Below, one piece after another: positions 1-9,549 of a stretch of DNA of 64,000 nucleotides. The stretch covers positions 945-64,944 of the forward strand of contig CALMJG010000020.1 in the NCBI GenBank assembly GCA_937864195.1, in the 5' to 3' direction. A program made the position numbers and the translations under genes. The notes beneath the pieces are model-generated. The model searched no databases, was not told where the DNA came from, and was given only the letters and a program-made list of their open reading frames with translations. The stretch comes from an uncultured Novosphingobium sp. GTDB lineage: Bacteria > Pseudomonadota > Alphaproteobacteria > Sphingomonadales > Sphingomonadaceae. Each line of letters starts with the position of its first letter. Position 1 is the first letter of the stretch.

Positions 1-60
1 TCACGCACCACGGGCACATGACATCGGACCAGATGTCGATGGTGAGTTTTGCGGGAGCGT

Positions 61-930
61 TCATCGGTTCAGCCACCAGTGCATCAGGTGATGGGCGATC
101 GCGTGGGGCGGCGGAGCCAGGAAGCGCCCGCTCTCGTCGCCGGCCATCGCGGCGGCCACTTCCTCGCGGGTGAACCAGTCGGCTTCCTCAAGCTCGGTGG
201 TGTCGATGGTCAATTGGTCGTCCAGAGCCTCTGCATAGCAGCCGATCATCAGGCTGGAGGGGAACGGCCAGGGCTGGCTGGCGACGTAGGACACCGGCCC
301 GACCCGAACCCCAGCCTCTTCATGCACTTCGCGCGCCACGGCTTCCTCGATGCTCTCGCCGGGCTCCACGAAGCCCGCGAGCGCGGAAAAGCGGCGCGGC
401 GGAAAGCGCGGCTGGCGGCCCAGCAACAGGCGGCCACCGTGTTCCACCAGCATGATCGTCACCGGATCGACGCGCGGGAAATGCTCGCCCCCGCAGCCTT
501 CGCAGCTGCGCTGCCAGCCGCCCTTGGCAAGGTGGGTATGGTTGCCGCAGCGCGCGCAGAAGCGGTGCCGGGCGTGCCAGTCAACCAGGCTGCGCGCCCC
601 GCCATAGGTTGCCAGTTCTTCCGGAGAGAGCGCGGCCATCGCCGCCCAGACACGGGGATTGGCGGGCGCGACCGAGCCCTGCAGCTTGGTCTGCACCTCG
701 GCAAAGCAGCCGCGCCCGTCCGCCAGCCCCAGGAACACCAGTTCGCTACCCGGATCGGCATCGGCCAGCGTGCCCCATTCCAGCATTCCGTCGGGCGAGA
801 TCACCGGGTCCAGCCCGTCCAGCCTGAGCAGGCGCGCGCGCCAGTCCATCAGGCCTTCCAGCGCCTGGGGGTCGGTACGGATATGGTCGGCCCGGTCGAG
901 ATGCGATCCGGCAAAGGCTATCTTTATCAC
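61..930 (-). CDS. nudC: NADH pyrophosphatase (Nudix hydrolase with zinc ribbon)
   Basis: 289-aa ORF. It has a C-x2-C...C-x2-C zinc ribbon (FCARCGNHTHLAKGGWQRSCEGCGGEHFPR) followed by a Nudix box (GFVEPGESIEEAVAREVHEEAGV) and the NudC-type SQPWPFPSS motif. Its start overlaps the upstream gene's stop. Confidence 0.85.
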   Translation of the reverse strand: MIKIAFAGSHLDRADHIRTDPQALEGLMDWRARLLRLDGLDPVISPDGMLEWGTLADADPGSELVFLGLADGRGCFAEVQTKLQGSVAPANPRVWAAMAALSPEELATYGGARSLVDWHARHRFCARCGNHTHLAKGGWQRSCEGCGGEHFPRVDPVTIMLVEHGGRLLLGRQPRFPPRRFSALAGFVEPGESIEEAVAREVHEEAGVRVGPVSYVASQPWPFPSSLMIGCYAEALDDQLTIDTTELEEADWFTREEVAAAMAGDESGRFLAPPPHAIAHHLMHWWLNR

Positions 931-2234
931 TTGCTTCCCTGCATCCGCACGGCAAGATCAGCCCCCACCGCCAGCGGAAATTCCCTGAGCACCGGCAGGC
1001 GGTCCTGCGGCATATATTGCACGAACAGGCCGGAGCGCAGCTTCAGCCGGGTCTGGGCATAGCCCACCGTCCCCGCTGCGCCGGACCAGCCGTAGAGTCC
1101 CTCTTCCTTGCCCTTGCCCGAAATCCCGCCCGCGCCGAAGCCGTTTCCTTCGACCCAGGTGCCTTTCAGGCTGGCGCCTTCGGGCAAAAGGTCCGAGGTG
1201 CCGAGCCGTACCGCCGCCTCGCTCATCACCCGTCGGCCATCCGCCACGCCGCCGTTCACGATCATCGCCAGGAAGCGGTCGTAGTCCGCCGGACTGGTGA
1301 CCAGCCCTGCCCCGCCGAACGCGAAGGGGATCGGGTCCTGGTAAATCGACTGGCCCGGACGGTCGATCGCGATCGGCCTGCGCCCCGCCAGCAGGTAATT
1401 GGTCGTCAGGCGCGGGCTGGCCGAGCCGGGGACATGGAAATAGCTGGAATTCATCCCCAGCGGTCCGAACACCCGCTCGGCCACGAACTGTTCAAAGCTG
1501 GTGCCCGCGATCCGCCCGATGACGATCCCCAGCACGTCGAGGCTCATCGAATAGGACCAGCGCGCGCCCGGCTCCGCCACCAGCGGGACCAGCGCGGCGC
1601 GGCGCAGGAACTCGTCCGGCCCGGGGGTGGGCACGCCATCGTTGATCCCCGGCAGGCGGCGTTTCGAGATGATCCCGGGATTGACGCCCAGCCGCTTGAG
1701 TTCCTCCCCCACCTTGTTGCGCCCGACCACCGCATAGCCCAGGCCCGAGGTGTGGGTGAGCAGGTGGCGGATCGTGATCAGGCTTTGCGCCGGACGCGCG
1801 GCCAGGCTCTTCGCCGGATCGATCGCGACCTGCATCTTCGCGAATTCCGGCGCGAAATCGGCGAGTGGCTGGTCAAGCCCCAGCTTGCCCTCGTCGATCA
1901 GCATCATCGCCGCCATGCCGGTGATCGGCTTGGTCATCGAATAGGCGCGGTAGAGACTCTGCGCGCTGCCCGGATCGCGGTCGTCAAAGCCTTCCATGCC
2001 CCGCGCGATGAAGCCGGGAGCCTTGTCTGCCCAGCCCAGCGCGGCCACCATGCCAGCAACCTTGCGCGACTTGACGTAGCGTTCGACCAGCGCGGTCACG
2101 GCGGGCCATTCACCTTCGATCCCCGTGCCCTGAGCGAAGGCCCTGCCGCCCAGCAGCGAGCCCGCGCCAAGCAGCGCCGCTCCGCGCAGCATGGTGCGGC
2201 GGGACAGCGCGTAGTGATCTGGAATCGTGTTCAT
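927..2234 (-). CDS. Serine hydrolase / beta-lactamase-family protein with Tat signal peptide
   Basis: S-x-x-K motif (YSMTKPITG). The twin-arginine leader is SRRTMLRGAALLGAGSLLGGRAFA. I trimmed the start to ATG 2234, which forms an ATGA overlap with the mutY stop; the ORF track extends to 2315. Confidence 0.8.
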   Translation of the reverse strand: MNTIPDHYALSRRTMLRGAALLGAGSLLGGRAFAQGTGIEGEWPAVTALVERYVKSRKVAGMVAALGWADKAPGFIARGMEGFDDRDPGSAQSLYRAYSMTKPITGMAAMMLIDEGKLGLDQPLADFAPEFAKMQVAIDPAKSLAARPAQSLITIRHLLTHTSGLGYAVVGRNKVGEELKRLGVNPGIISKRRLPGINDGVPTPGPDEFLRRAALVPLVAEPGARWSYSMSLDVLGIVIGRIAGTSFEQFVAERVFGPLGMNSSYFHVPGSASPRLTTNYLLAGRRPIAIDRPGQSIYQDPIPFAFGGAGLVTSPADYDRFLAMIVNGGVADGRRVMSEAAVRLGTSDLLPEGASLKGTWVEGNGFGAGGISGKGKEEGLYGWSGAAGTVGYAQTRLKLRSGLFVQYMPQDRLPVLREFPLAVGADLAVRMQGSK

Positions 2235-3274
2235 GCCTCTCCCCGGACGCGCGCTGCAGCCTTGGCGAACAGCGTCGGCAGCCCCGCCGCCTCGATCCGC
2301 TCCACCGGCCACCATTCGCCGTGTTCCGGGCCAAGCCTAGCCCAATCGCTTCCCGAATAAAGCATCAATTGCAGATCGAGATGGAAGTGGGTGAAAGTGT
2401 GGCGCACCGATCCGCCCGCCTGCCACGCGCCCTCCAGCGGCGGCGGCGCGCCCCCGTCGGCGCGAGCGTTCCAGCCATCGTCGGGCAGCGCGCGCATGCC
2501 GCCCAGCATGCCCTTGTCCGGACGCGTGACCAGCCAGACCGCGCCGTCCCGCTCGATCCAGAAGGCGCGGCCCTTGCGTTCAGGCTTGGGCTTCTTCGCG
2601 GGCTTGACCGGGAAACGCTCCGCACCCGCCACGCGGCCCTTGCAGCCTTGCGCCAGCGGGCAGAGCAGGCAGCGGGGGCTGCGCGCCGTGCAGACCGTCG
2701 CGCCAAGGTCCATCATTGCCTGAGCAAAGTCGCCGGGGCGATCCGGCGGGGTGAATTCCGCCACGCGCTGGCGAATGCGGGGACGCGCCTGGGGGAGCGG
2801 TTCATCCAGAGCCTCCAGCCGCGTGACCACCCGCTCGACATTGGCGTCGACCACCGCCGCGCGGCGCCCGAAGGCAATCGCGGCAACGGCGGCGGCGGTA
2901 TAGGCTCCCAACCCCGGCAGGGCGCGCAAGGCTTCCTCGGTATCGGGAAACACTCCGCCCCGCTGCGCCACCGCGCGGGCGCAGGCGATCAGGTTGCGGG
3001 CGCGGCTGTAATAGCCCAGCCCCGCCCATGCGGCCATGACCTCCGCCTCGTCCGCTGCGGCCAGCGCGAGGACATCGGGCCAGCGCTGGGTGAACTTCAG
3101 GAAATAGGGGATGACGGCGGCCACCGTGGTCTGCTGCAACATCACTTCCGACAGCCACACCCGGTAGGGATCGGGCGGCGGCGATCCCGGCGGGCTGCGC
3201 CACGGCAGGGCGCGGGCGTGCTGGTCGTACCAAGCGAGCAGTCTGGCGGGAATCGTCTGCGCGCTGGCGTCCAT
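2231..3274 (-). CDS. mutY: A/G-specific adenine DNA glycosylase
   Basis: 347 aa. N-terminus LLAWYDQHARALPWR; HhH-GPD region; 4Fe-4S cysteine cluster CTARSPRCLLCPLAQGC; C-terminal MutT-like domain. Confidence 0.9.
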   Translation of the reverse strand: MDASAQTIPARLLAWYDQHARALPWRSPPGSPPPDPYRVWLSEVMLQQTTVAAVIPYFLKFTQRWPDVLALAAADEAEVMAAWAGLGYYSRARNLIACARAVAQRGGVFPDTEEALRALPGLGAYTAAAVAAIAFGRRAAVVDANVERVVTRLEALDEPLPQARPRIRQRVAEFTPPDRPGDFAQAMMDLGATVCTARSPRCLLCPLAQGCKGRVAGAERFPVKPAKKPKPERKGRAFWIERDGAVWLVTRPDKGMLGGMRALPDDGWNARADGGAPPPLEGAWQAGGSVRHTFTHFHLDLQLMLYSGSDWARLGPEHGEWWPVERIEAAGLPTLFAKAAARVRGEA

Positions 3275-3303
3275 GCCGCCGCTATGGCATTGCCAGCGGC
3301 CTG

Positions 3304-3840
3304 ATGGAACGGGATGAAGGCAAACGCGCGAAACCCAAGGCCCCGCGCCGCTATGAACGGCCGCGCGGCGGCGCCCCGCGCACGATTTCCGAACTGATGC
3401 CCGAGATTGGCCGCACCGCGTTTCGCAAGTTCGGCTTCATCCAGTCCAGCGTGGTCACCCGCTGGCCGGAAATCGTCGGCGTGGCCCATGCCCGGGTCTG
3501 CGCGCCCGAAGCGATCCGCTTTCCGCCGGGCGAAAAGACCGACGGAATCCTCGATCTGGTCGTCGTCCCCGCCCATGCGCCGATGATCCAGCACCTGGTG
3601 CCCGAGATCGTGGAGCGGGTGAACCGCTTCTTCGGCTACAAGGCGGTGGCGCGGGTCAAGCTGCGGCAAGGCGCGGTTAAGCCGCCGCTTGCCACACGTC
3701 CCGCCGCAGCCCCGCCTTCGCTGCGGCCGATCCCGGTCGAACTGGGCGATTCGCTGCGCGACATTGGCGATCCGGAACTGCGCACCGTGCTGGAATCGCT
3801 GGCGCGCAGCCTGGGCGAGAACGAACAGGGGGACAAGTGA
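3304..3840 (+). CDS. DUF721-family protein
   Basis: 178 aa, divergent from mutY. The motif ...TRWPEIVG... and the position between mutY and dsbA/smc recall the conserved alphaproteobacterial arrangement. The family call is from memory of that domain. Confidence 0.55.
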   Translation: MERDEGKRAKPKAPRRYERPRGGAPRTISELMPEIGRTAFRKFGFIQSSVVTRWPEIVGVAHARVCAPEAIRFPPGEKTDGILDLVVVPAHAPMIQHLVPEIVERVNRFFGYKAVARVKLRQGAVKPPLATRPAAAPPSLRPIPVELGDSLRDIGDPELRTVLESLARSLGENEQGDK

Positions 3841-4517
3841 AGGCCGTTTCCACTATCCGCGCAGGCCTGCTTGCCGCCGCTGCGCTGCTGACCACCGGCG
3901 CCGCTTCGGGCGGCTGGAACCAGACCGTCGCCGAGACAGCCAGCGGCACCCATGTGCTGGGCAACCCGGCGGCCAAGGTCAAGCTCACCACCTTCGTCAG
4001 CTACACCTGCCCGCACTGCGCCCAGTTCGAGACCGAGGCCGAGGCGCCTTTGCGGCTGAGCTATGTCGCCCCCGGCAAACTGTCGATCGAGGTGCGCCAC
4101 GTCGTGCGCGATCCGGTGGACCTGACCGCAGCCATGCTGACGAACTGCGGGGCGAAGGAGAAGTTCTTCCTCAACCACGCCGCCTTCATGCGCGGCCAGT
4201 CGCGCTGGATCGCGCCGATGGGCGCGGCCAGCGCCGCCCAGCAGCAACGCTGGCGCAATCCCGACATCGGCCAGCGCAACCGGGCGATCGCCAGCGATTT
4301 CGGGTTCTACGCGATCATGGCCTCGCGCGGCTACGATCGCCCCAGCGTCGACAAGTGCCTGACCGACAAGGCGATGGAAGCCCGGCTGATGAAGCAGAGC
4401 CAGGAGGCGGTGGCCCTGGGCGTCAGGTCCACGCCGGGCTTCGCGATCAATGGCACGGTGCTGGTCGGCACCAATGAATGGGCCCTGCTGCGCCCGCAAC
4501 TCGACGCGCGCTTCTGA
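3837..4517 (+). CDS. DsbA-family thiol:disulfide oxidoreductase, paralog 1 (signal peptide)
   Basis: 226 aa with a GTG start in a GTGA overlap with the upstream stop. Signal peptide, CPHC active site, and the shared motif LGNPAAKVKLTTFVSYTCPHCAQF. Confidence 0.75.
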   Translation: MKAVSTIRAGLLAAAALLTTGAASGGWNQTVAETASGTHVLGNPAAKVKLTTFVSYTCPHCAQFETEAEAPLRLSYVAPGKLSIEVRHVVRDPVDLTAAMLTNCGAKEKFFLNHAAFMRGQSRWIAPMGAASAAQQQRWRNPDIGQRNRAIASDFGFYAIMASRGYDRPSVDKCLTDKAMEARLMKQSQEAVALGVRSTPGFAINGTVLVGTNEWALLRPQLDARF

Positions 4518-4536
4518 GCGGGCTAGAACCGCCGTG

Positions 4537-5247
4537 ATGACCCGCTTCACCCTTGCCTTCGCTCTTGCCGCTCTGGTCGCGGCACATCCGGCTGTCGCCG
4601 CGCCGAAGAAGCCCGTGCCCGCCGCCGCGCCGACGCCGGCGCCCGCCCAGCCCGTGATCCGCACCGCCGAGGGCGGCTATCTGCTGGGCAACCCCCAGGC
4701 GCCGATCAAGGTGGTGGAATTCGTCAGCTACACTTGCCCGCACTGCGCGCATTTCCATTCCGAATCCGCCGCGCCATTGCAGGCAAAGTACATTGCCCCG
4801 GCCCACGTCTCGGTGGAAGTGCGCCCGTTCCTGCGCAACGCGATCGACGTTACCGCCACCCTGCTCACCACCTGCGGGCCGGCGTCCAGGTTCCACGGCA
4901 ACCATGCGCTGGTCCTGCAGCGCCAGTCCGAATGGCTGCATTCGCCCAGCGCGACAGAGCTCAAGCGCTGGCAGCACCCCGATTTCGCCACGCGCACCCG
5001 CAACATGGCGCACGATCTGGGGCTTTACGCGCTGATGCAGACGCGCGGCTACAAACCGGCCGAGCTGGACCGCTGCCTGTCCGACCGCGCCGCGGCCGAA
5101 CGGCTGGCCGACCAGACCGAGGCCGCGACCGACAAGATCGGTGTGCGCGGCACCCCCAGCTTCACGATCAACGGCACGCTGCAGAATTTCTATGACTGGC
5201 CGAACCTGCGCGCGGCGCTCGATGCGCTGACGCAGGGCTTCAGCTGA
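4537..5247 (+). CDS. DsbA-family thiol:disulfide oxidoreductase, paralog 2 (signal peptide)
   Basis: Start trimmed to ATG 4537 (MTRFTLAFALAALVAAHPAVA). CPHC active site within LGNPQAPIKVVEFVSYTCPHCAHF. Confidence 0.75.
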   Translation: MTRFTLAFALAALVAAHPAVAAPKKPVPAAAPTPAPAQPVIRTAEGGYLLGNPQAPIKVVEFVSYTCPHCAHFHSESAAPLQAKYIAPAHVSVEVRPFLRNAIDVTATLLTTCGPASRFHGNHALVLQRQSEWLHSPSATELKRWQHPDFATRTRNMAHDLGLYALMQTRGYKPAELDRCLSDRAAAERLADQTEAATDKIGVRGTPSFTINGTLQNFYDWPNLRAALDALTQGFS

Positions 5248-5320
5248 TTTGGCTCCGCTTTTTTCCGCGCCGGCCGGGTGGCCGGCTTTCATGATCAACC
5301 ACGCCGGGAAACCTGAAACC

Positions 5321-6082
5321 ATGACTGCCCATCGCTTCTCCCGCCTCGCATTCGCCGCCGCCCTTGCTCCGCTGGTGCTGGGCCTGGCCGCCTGCAACAA
5401 CAAGGGCGAGGACGCCCCCGCCGGCCTCTCCGGCCAGCCGATCGCCAAGATCGCCCCGCCCGCAGGCAAGGCCTGGTCGGACGTGGTGACGATCACCCCG
5501 GAACTCGGCTACCGGATGGGCAACCCCGAGGCGCCGATCAAGGTGGTCGAATATGCCTCGCTCACCTGCCCGCACTGCGCCGAATTCTCGCACGAGGCGA
5601 CTGCCGAACTGCGCGACCAGTTCGTCGCCAGCGGCCGGGTCAGCTATGAGATGCGCAACATGATCCGCGACGGGCTGGACCTCTACCTGACCCAGCTGAC
5701 CCGCTGCGGCGCGCCCGAAGGCTATTTCGCGCTGACCGACCAGACCTTCGCCAACCAGGCCGCCTTCTTCAAGACCGCGCAGGACGCCGGCAAGGCCGCG
5801 CAGGAAGCCGCCTTCTCGCAGCCGCCCGAAAAGCGCGGGCTCGCCATCGCCAACCTGGCCGGCATGACCGACTTCTTCGCCGCGCGCGGCATTTCGAAGG
5901 AACAGGCCGCCGCCTGCCTGGCCGATACCGCCAAGGCCACCACCCTCGCCAACGCCTCGACCGAACAGGGCGAGAAGTACAAGATCGAGGGCACGCCGAC
6001 CTTCATCATCAATGGCGCCAAGCTTGACGCGAACACCTGGCCGCTGGTCAAGGCGGAGCTCGAAAAGCTCGGAGCGCGCTGA
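5321..6082 (+). CDS. DsbA-family thiol:disulfide oxidoreductase, paralog 3 (probable lipoprotein)
   Basis: Start trimmed to ATG 5321. Lipobox LGLAAC. CPHC active site within MGNPEAPIKVVEYASLTCPHCAEF. Confidence 0.75.
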   Translation: MTAHRFSRLAFAAALAPLVLGLAACNNKGEDAPAGLSGQPIAKIAPPAGKAWSDVVTITPELGYRMGNPEAPIKVVEYASLTCPHCAEFSHEATAELRDQFVASGRVSYEMRNMIRDGLDLYLTQLTRCGAPEGYFALTDQTFANQAAFFKTAQDAGKAAQEAAFSQPPEKRGLAIANLAGMTDFFAARGISKEQAAACLADTAKATTLANASTEQGEKYKIEGTPTFIINGAKLDANTWPLVKAELEKLGAR

Positions 6083-6120
6083 CCCGGCAGTAGCCGGGGG
6101 GAAAGGGGGCAGGCACGACA

Positions 6121-9100
6121 ATGCGCATCAAGCGGCTCAAGCTCAGCGGCTTCAAAAGCTTCGTCGAGCCTGCCGAACTGCGCATCGAACCCGGCCTTAC
6201 CGGGGTTGTCGGCCCCAACGGCTGCGGCAAGTCCAACCTGCTGGAGGCGATCCGCTGGGTCATGGGCGAAAGCTCGGCCAAGTCGATGCGCGGCGGGGGC
6301 ATGGAAGACGTGATCTTCGCCGGCACCGCGCAGCGCGCGCCGCGCGACTTCGCGGAAGTCGTGCTCCACGCCGATACGGGTGACGGCGAGAACGAACTGG
6401 AAGTGGTGCGCCGGATCGAGCGCGGCGCGGGCAGCGCCTACCGCGTCAATGGCCGCGACGTGCGGGCCAAGGACGTGGCGCTGGTCTTTGCCGATGCGGC
6501 GACCGGCGCCCACTCCCCCGCGCTGGTCAGCCAGGGCCGGATCGCCGCCGTCATCGCCGCCAAGCCCGCCGAGCGGCGGATGATGCTGGAGGAAGCGGCA
6601 GGGATCGCCGGGCTCCACGTCCGCCGCAAGGATGCCGAGCAGAAGCTGCGCGCCACCGAGGCCAATCTCGCCCGGCTCGAAGACCTGATGGGCCAGCTCG
6701 ACCAGCAGATCGGATCCTTGCGCCGCCAGGCCCGCGCGGCGGAACGCTACAAGGCGCTGAGCGAGCGCATCCGCCTGGCCGAAGCGCGGCTCGTCTTCGC
6801 CCGCTGGCGCGATGCCGCGAAGGCCGCCGAGGCCGCCCGGGCCGAAGCGCAGGGGGCCGAAGCGCGCGTTGCAGAAACCCAGGCCGCGATGAAGGCCGCG
6901 CAGAACGCCCAGCACGCGAGCGCGCAGGCTCTTGCCGCGGCACGCGACGAGCTGGCCGACCGGCGCGACGATGCCACGGCTCACGGCCACCGCATGGCCC
7001 AGCTGACCAGCCAGCTTGAAGCGGCGGAACAGCGCCTGAAAGACCTCGACCGCCAGCGCCAGCGGCTCGAAGAGGACCAGCAGGAAGCCGACCGCCTGAC
7101 CCGCGACGCCGCCGATGCCCTCGCCCGGCTGGAGCGTGATCTGACAAGCGGCGAGGACGCCCTGCGGGCCGACGAAGCACGCCGACCCGCCGTTGCCGCC
7201 GCGCTTGACGATGCCGACCGCAGCCTGCGCGCCGCCGAACTGGCGCTGGCCAAGGCGACCGCCGACCAGGCCGGGGTCGAGGCCGAATGGCGCGTGGCCG
7301 ACGCCGCGCTGACCGCCGCGCAGCAGCGCCTTGTCCGCCTCGATGGCGAAGTACGGCGGCAGGACGACCTGCGCGCCGCGCTCTCGCGCGAAGGCGATCC
7401 CGATGCCGCGCTGGCCGAGGCCCACCAGCGGCGCGCCGCCGCCGAAACGAAAGTGGCCGAAGCCCGCGCCGCGCTGGAGGCGCAGCAGGCCCGGCGGAGC
7501 GAGCTTCAGGCCGCGCGCGATGCTGCCTCCTCCGCGCTGGCCGAGGCCCGCGCCGAACTCTCGGGCGTGGAGCGCGAACACACCGCCCTGCTGCGCGACC
7601 GTGAAGCGCGCGCCAGGCAAGCCAGCGCCAAGCATGGCCTGCCGGTGGCGCTCGACCGGGTGCGCGCCGCGCCGGGCTATGAACGCGCGCTCGCCGCCGT
7701 GCTGGGCCGCGATGCGAAAGCGCCGCTGGGCGCGGCGCCCGACGATGGCGACGGGCGGTTCTGGACCGGGGCACAGGCCCCCGCGCCGGTCGCGGACAGC
7801 CTTGCGGCCCATGTCAGCGAATGCCCACAGGAACTCGCCCCGCGCCTCGCGCTGGTCCACGTGGCCGAGCAGGACGATGGCCGCGCGCTCGCTCCCGGCG
7901 AATGGCTGGTGACGCTGACGGGCCGCCTGCGCCGCTGGGACGGCTTCGTCGCGCGCGGCGAAGGCGCGGCGGAAGCGGCGCGGCTGGAGGCGGACAACCG
8001 CTTTGCCGCATTGGAGGCCGAACTACCCCCACTACGCGCCGAGCTTGCCTTTGCCGAGGCCCAGGCCAAGTCCGTTCAGGACGAACTGGCCGCAATCCAG
8101 ACCGGCGCGATTGCCGCCGAACGCGCACTGGCTGCCGCCGCCGAGGCCGAACGCGCCGCCCTGCGCGCTGTCGATCAGGCCGAAGCTGCCAAGGCGCGGC
8201 TCGAAACCCGCCGCGCCGAACTCGCCGCCGCCGCCACCGACCTTGCCGAACAGCGCGCCGGGGCAGAGGCCGAACGCGCCGCCGCAGAGGAACGCCGCGC
8301 CGCCCTGCCCGATCCCGCCGCTGGCCGCGCCCAGCTGGCCGCCGCACAGGCCCGCCACGATGGCGCGCGCTCCGCGCTCCAGGCCGCCACCGCCGCACTT
8401 GCCGCGCACGACCAGGCAATCGCCGTCGCGCGCGAACGGACCAATGCCCAGCGCGCCGACATCCGGTCTTGGCAGGCCCGCGCCGGGGATGCCGCAGGCC
8501 GCCTCGCGCAGATGACGCGCCGCTTCGAGGAGATCGAAGAGGAACGCGGCGTCGTCGCCGCCAAGCCCGCCGGACTGATGCGCGAGATCGAGGACGGCGA
8601 GGCCGTGCGCACCCGCCTCGCCGCCGAACTGGCCGCCGCCGAAACCCGCGTCGGCGAAACCGCCGAAGCCGCGCGCCGCGCCGAACAGGCCTTCGCGGCT
8701 GCCAACGAGGCGCTCGCCTCCGCGCGCGAGGCCCGCGCCGGCGCTGCCGCCCGCGCCGAGAACGAGGAGGCCCGCCGCGCCGAGATGGCGGGCATTTCCG
8801 GTGAACGCTTCCAGTGCCCGCCGCCGCTGCTACCCCAGCGCTTCGACTTCGCCTCAGCCGAAGTCGGCCCCGCTCCGCAGGAAAGCGCCGAGCACGACAA
8901 GCTGATCGCCGACCGCGAGCGGATCGGCCCGGTCAACCTCGTCGCCGCCGACGAACTGGCCGAAGCCGAAGCGCGCCACGGCACGTCGCTGGCCGAACAG
9001 GCCGAACTGACCGAAGCCGTGCACCGCCTGCGCGGCTCGATCGGCAATCTCAACCGCGAGGGGCGTGAACGGCTGCGCGCCGCCTTCGAGGCCGTGGACC

Positions 9101-9549
9101 AGCATTTCCGCCGCCTGTTCACTCGCCTGTTCGAGGGCGGGCAGGCCCACCTCGCGCTGGTCGACAGCGACGATCCGCTGGAGGCAGGGCTTGAAATCTA
9201 TGCCCAGCCGCCCGGCAAGCGGCTGCAATCGCTCACCCTGCTGTCCGGCGGGGAACAGGCGCTGACCGCCGTCGCGCTGATCTTTGCGCTGTTCCTCACC
9301 AACCCCGCGCCGATCTGCGTGCTGGACGAGGTCGACGCGCCGCTCGACGATGCGAATATCGAGCGGTTCTGCGACCTGCTCGACGCGATGGTCGGGGAAA
9401 CCGATACCCGCTACCTGATCGTCACCCACAATGCGGTGACGATGAGCCGGATGCACCGCCTGTTCGGCGTGACCATGGTCGAGCGCGGGGTCAGCCGCCT
9501 GGTCAGCGTCGACCTGCAAGCCGCCGAACAACTGCTCGCGGCGGAATAG
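6121..9549 (+). CDS. smc: Chromosome segregation protein SMC
   Basis: 1142 aa. N-terminal Walker A (GPNGCGKSNLLEAIRW), long Ala/Glu/Arg coiled coils, C-terminal signature LSGGEQALTAVALIFA and Walker B VLDEVDAPLD. Confidence 0.92.
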   Translation: MRIKRLKLSGFKSFVEPAELRIEPGLTGVVGPNGCGKSNLLEAIRWVMGESSAKSMRGGGMEDVIFAGTAQRAPRDFAEVVLHADTGDGENELEVVRRIERGAGSAYRVNGRDVRAKDVALVFADAATGAHSPALVSQGRIAAVIAAKPAERRMMLEEAAGIAGLHVRRKDAEQKLRATEANLARLEDLMGQLDQQIGSLRRQARAAERYKALSERIRLAEARLVFARWRDAAKAAEAARAEAQGAEARVAETQAAMKAAQNAQHASAQALAAARDELADRRDDATAHGHRMAQLTSQLEAAEQRLKDLDRQRQRLEEDQQEADRLTRDAADALARLERDLTSGEDALRADEARRPAVAAALDDADRSLRAAELALAKATADQAGVEAEWRVADAALTAAQQRLVRLDGEVRRQDDLRAALSREGDPDAALAEAHQRRAAAETKVAEARAALEAQQARRSELQAARDAASSALAEARAELSGVEREHTALLRDREARARQASAKHGLPVALDRVRAAPGYERALAAVLGRDAKAPLGAAPDDGDGRFWTGAQAPAPVADSLAAHVSECPQELAPRLALVHVAEQDDGRALAPGEWLVTLTGRLRRWDGFVARGEGAAEAARLEADNRFAALEAELPPLRAELAFAEAQAKSVQDELAAIQTGAIAAERALAAAAEAERAALRAVDQAEAAKARLETRRAELAAAATDLAEQRAGAEAERAAAEERRAALPDPAAGRAQLAAAQARHDGARSALQAATAALAAHDQAIAVARERTNAQRADIRSWQARAGDAAGRLAQMTRRFEEIEEERGVVAAKPAGLMREIEDGEAVRTRLAAELAAAETRVGETAEAARRAEQAFAAANEALASAREARAGAAARAENEEARRAEMAGISGERFQCPPPLLPQRFDFASAEVGPAPQESAEHDKLIADRERIGPVNLVAADELAEAEARHGTSLAEQAELTEAVHRLRGSIGNLNREGRERLRAAFEAVDQHFRRLFTRLFEGGQAHLALVDSDDPLEAGLEIYAQPPGKRLQSLTLLSGGEQALTAVALIFALFLTNPAPICVLDEVDAPLDDANIERFCDLLDAMVGETDTRYLIVTHNAVTMSRMHRLFGVTMVERGVSRLVSVDLQAAEQLLAAE

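Noticed and set aside
1-60. Possible 3' end of another minus-strand gene at the window edge downstream of nudC.
   Set aside because: Only 60 nt are available. There is no frame or motif evidence, so I made no call.
4451-4466. Sigma-54-like near matches inside coding regions. Examples: TGGCACGGTGCTGGTC in the first DsbA-like gene; TGGCAC-containing strings near 39061, 39100, 41340, 44150 and 55755.
   Set aside because: They lack the TTGC -12 element or have the wrong GG-N10-GC spacing, and they lie within genes. I treat them as chance occurrences in GC-rich DNA.
5722-7860. Long antisense ORFs. Examples: 712 aa opposite smc; 951 aa at 18854..21709 opposite ccoI; 658 aa at 39830..41806; 860 aa at 41667..44249; 706 and 715 aa opposite fliK; 630 aa at 59790..61682.
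   Set aside because: They are typical shadow ORFs of a very GC-rich genome. They are Arg/Ala/Gly/Pro-rich low-complexity translations with no recognisable motifs. Each lies opposite a gene with strong family signatures, so I did not annotate them.
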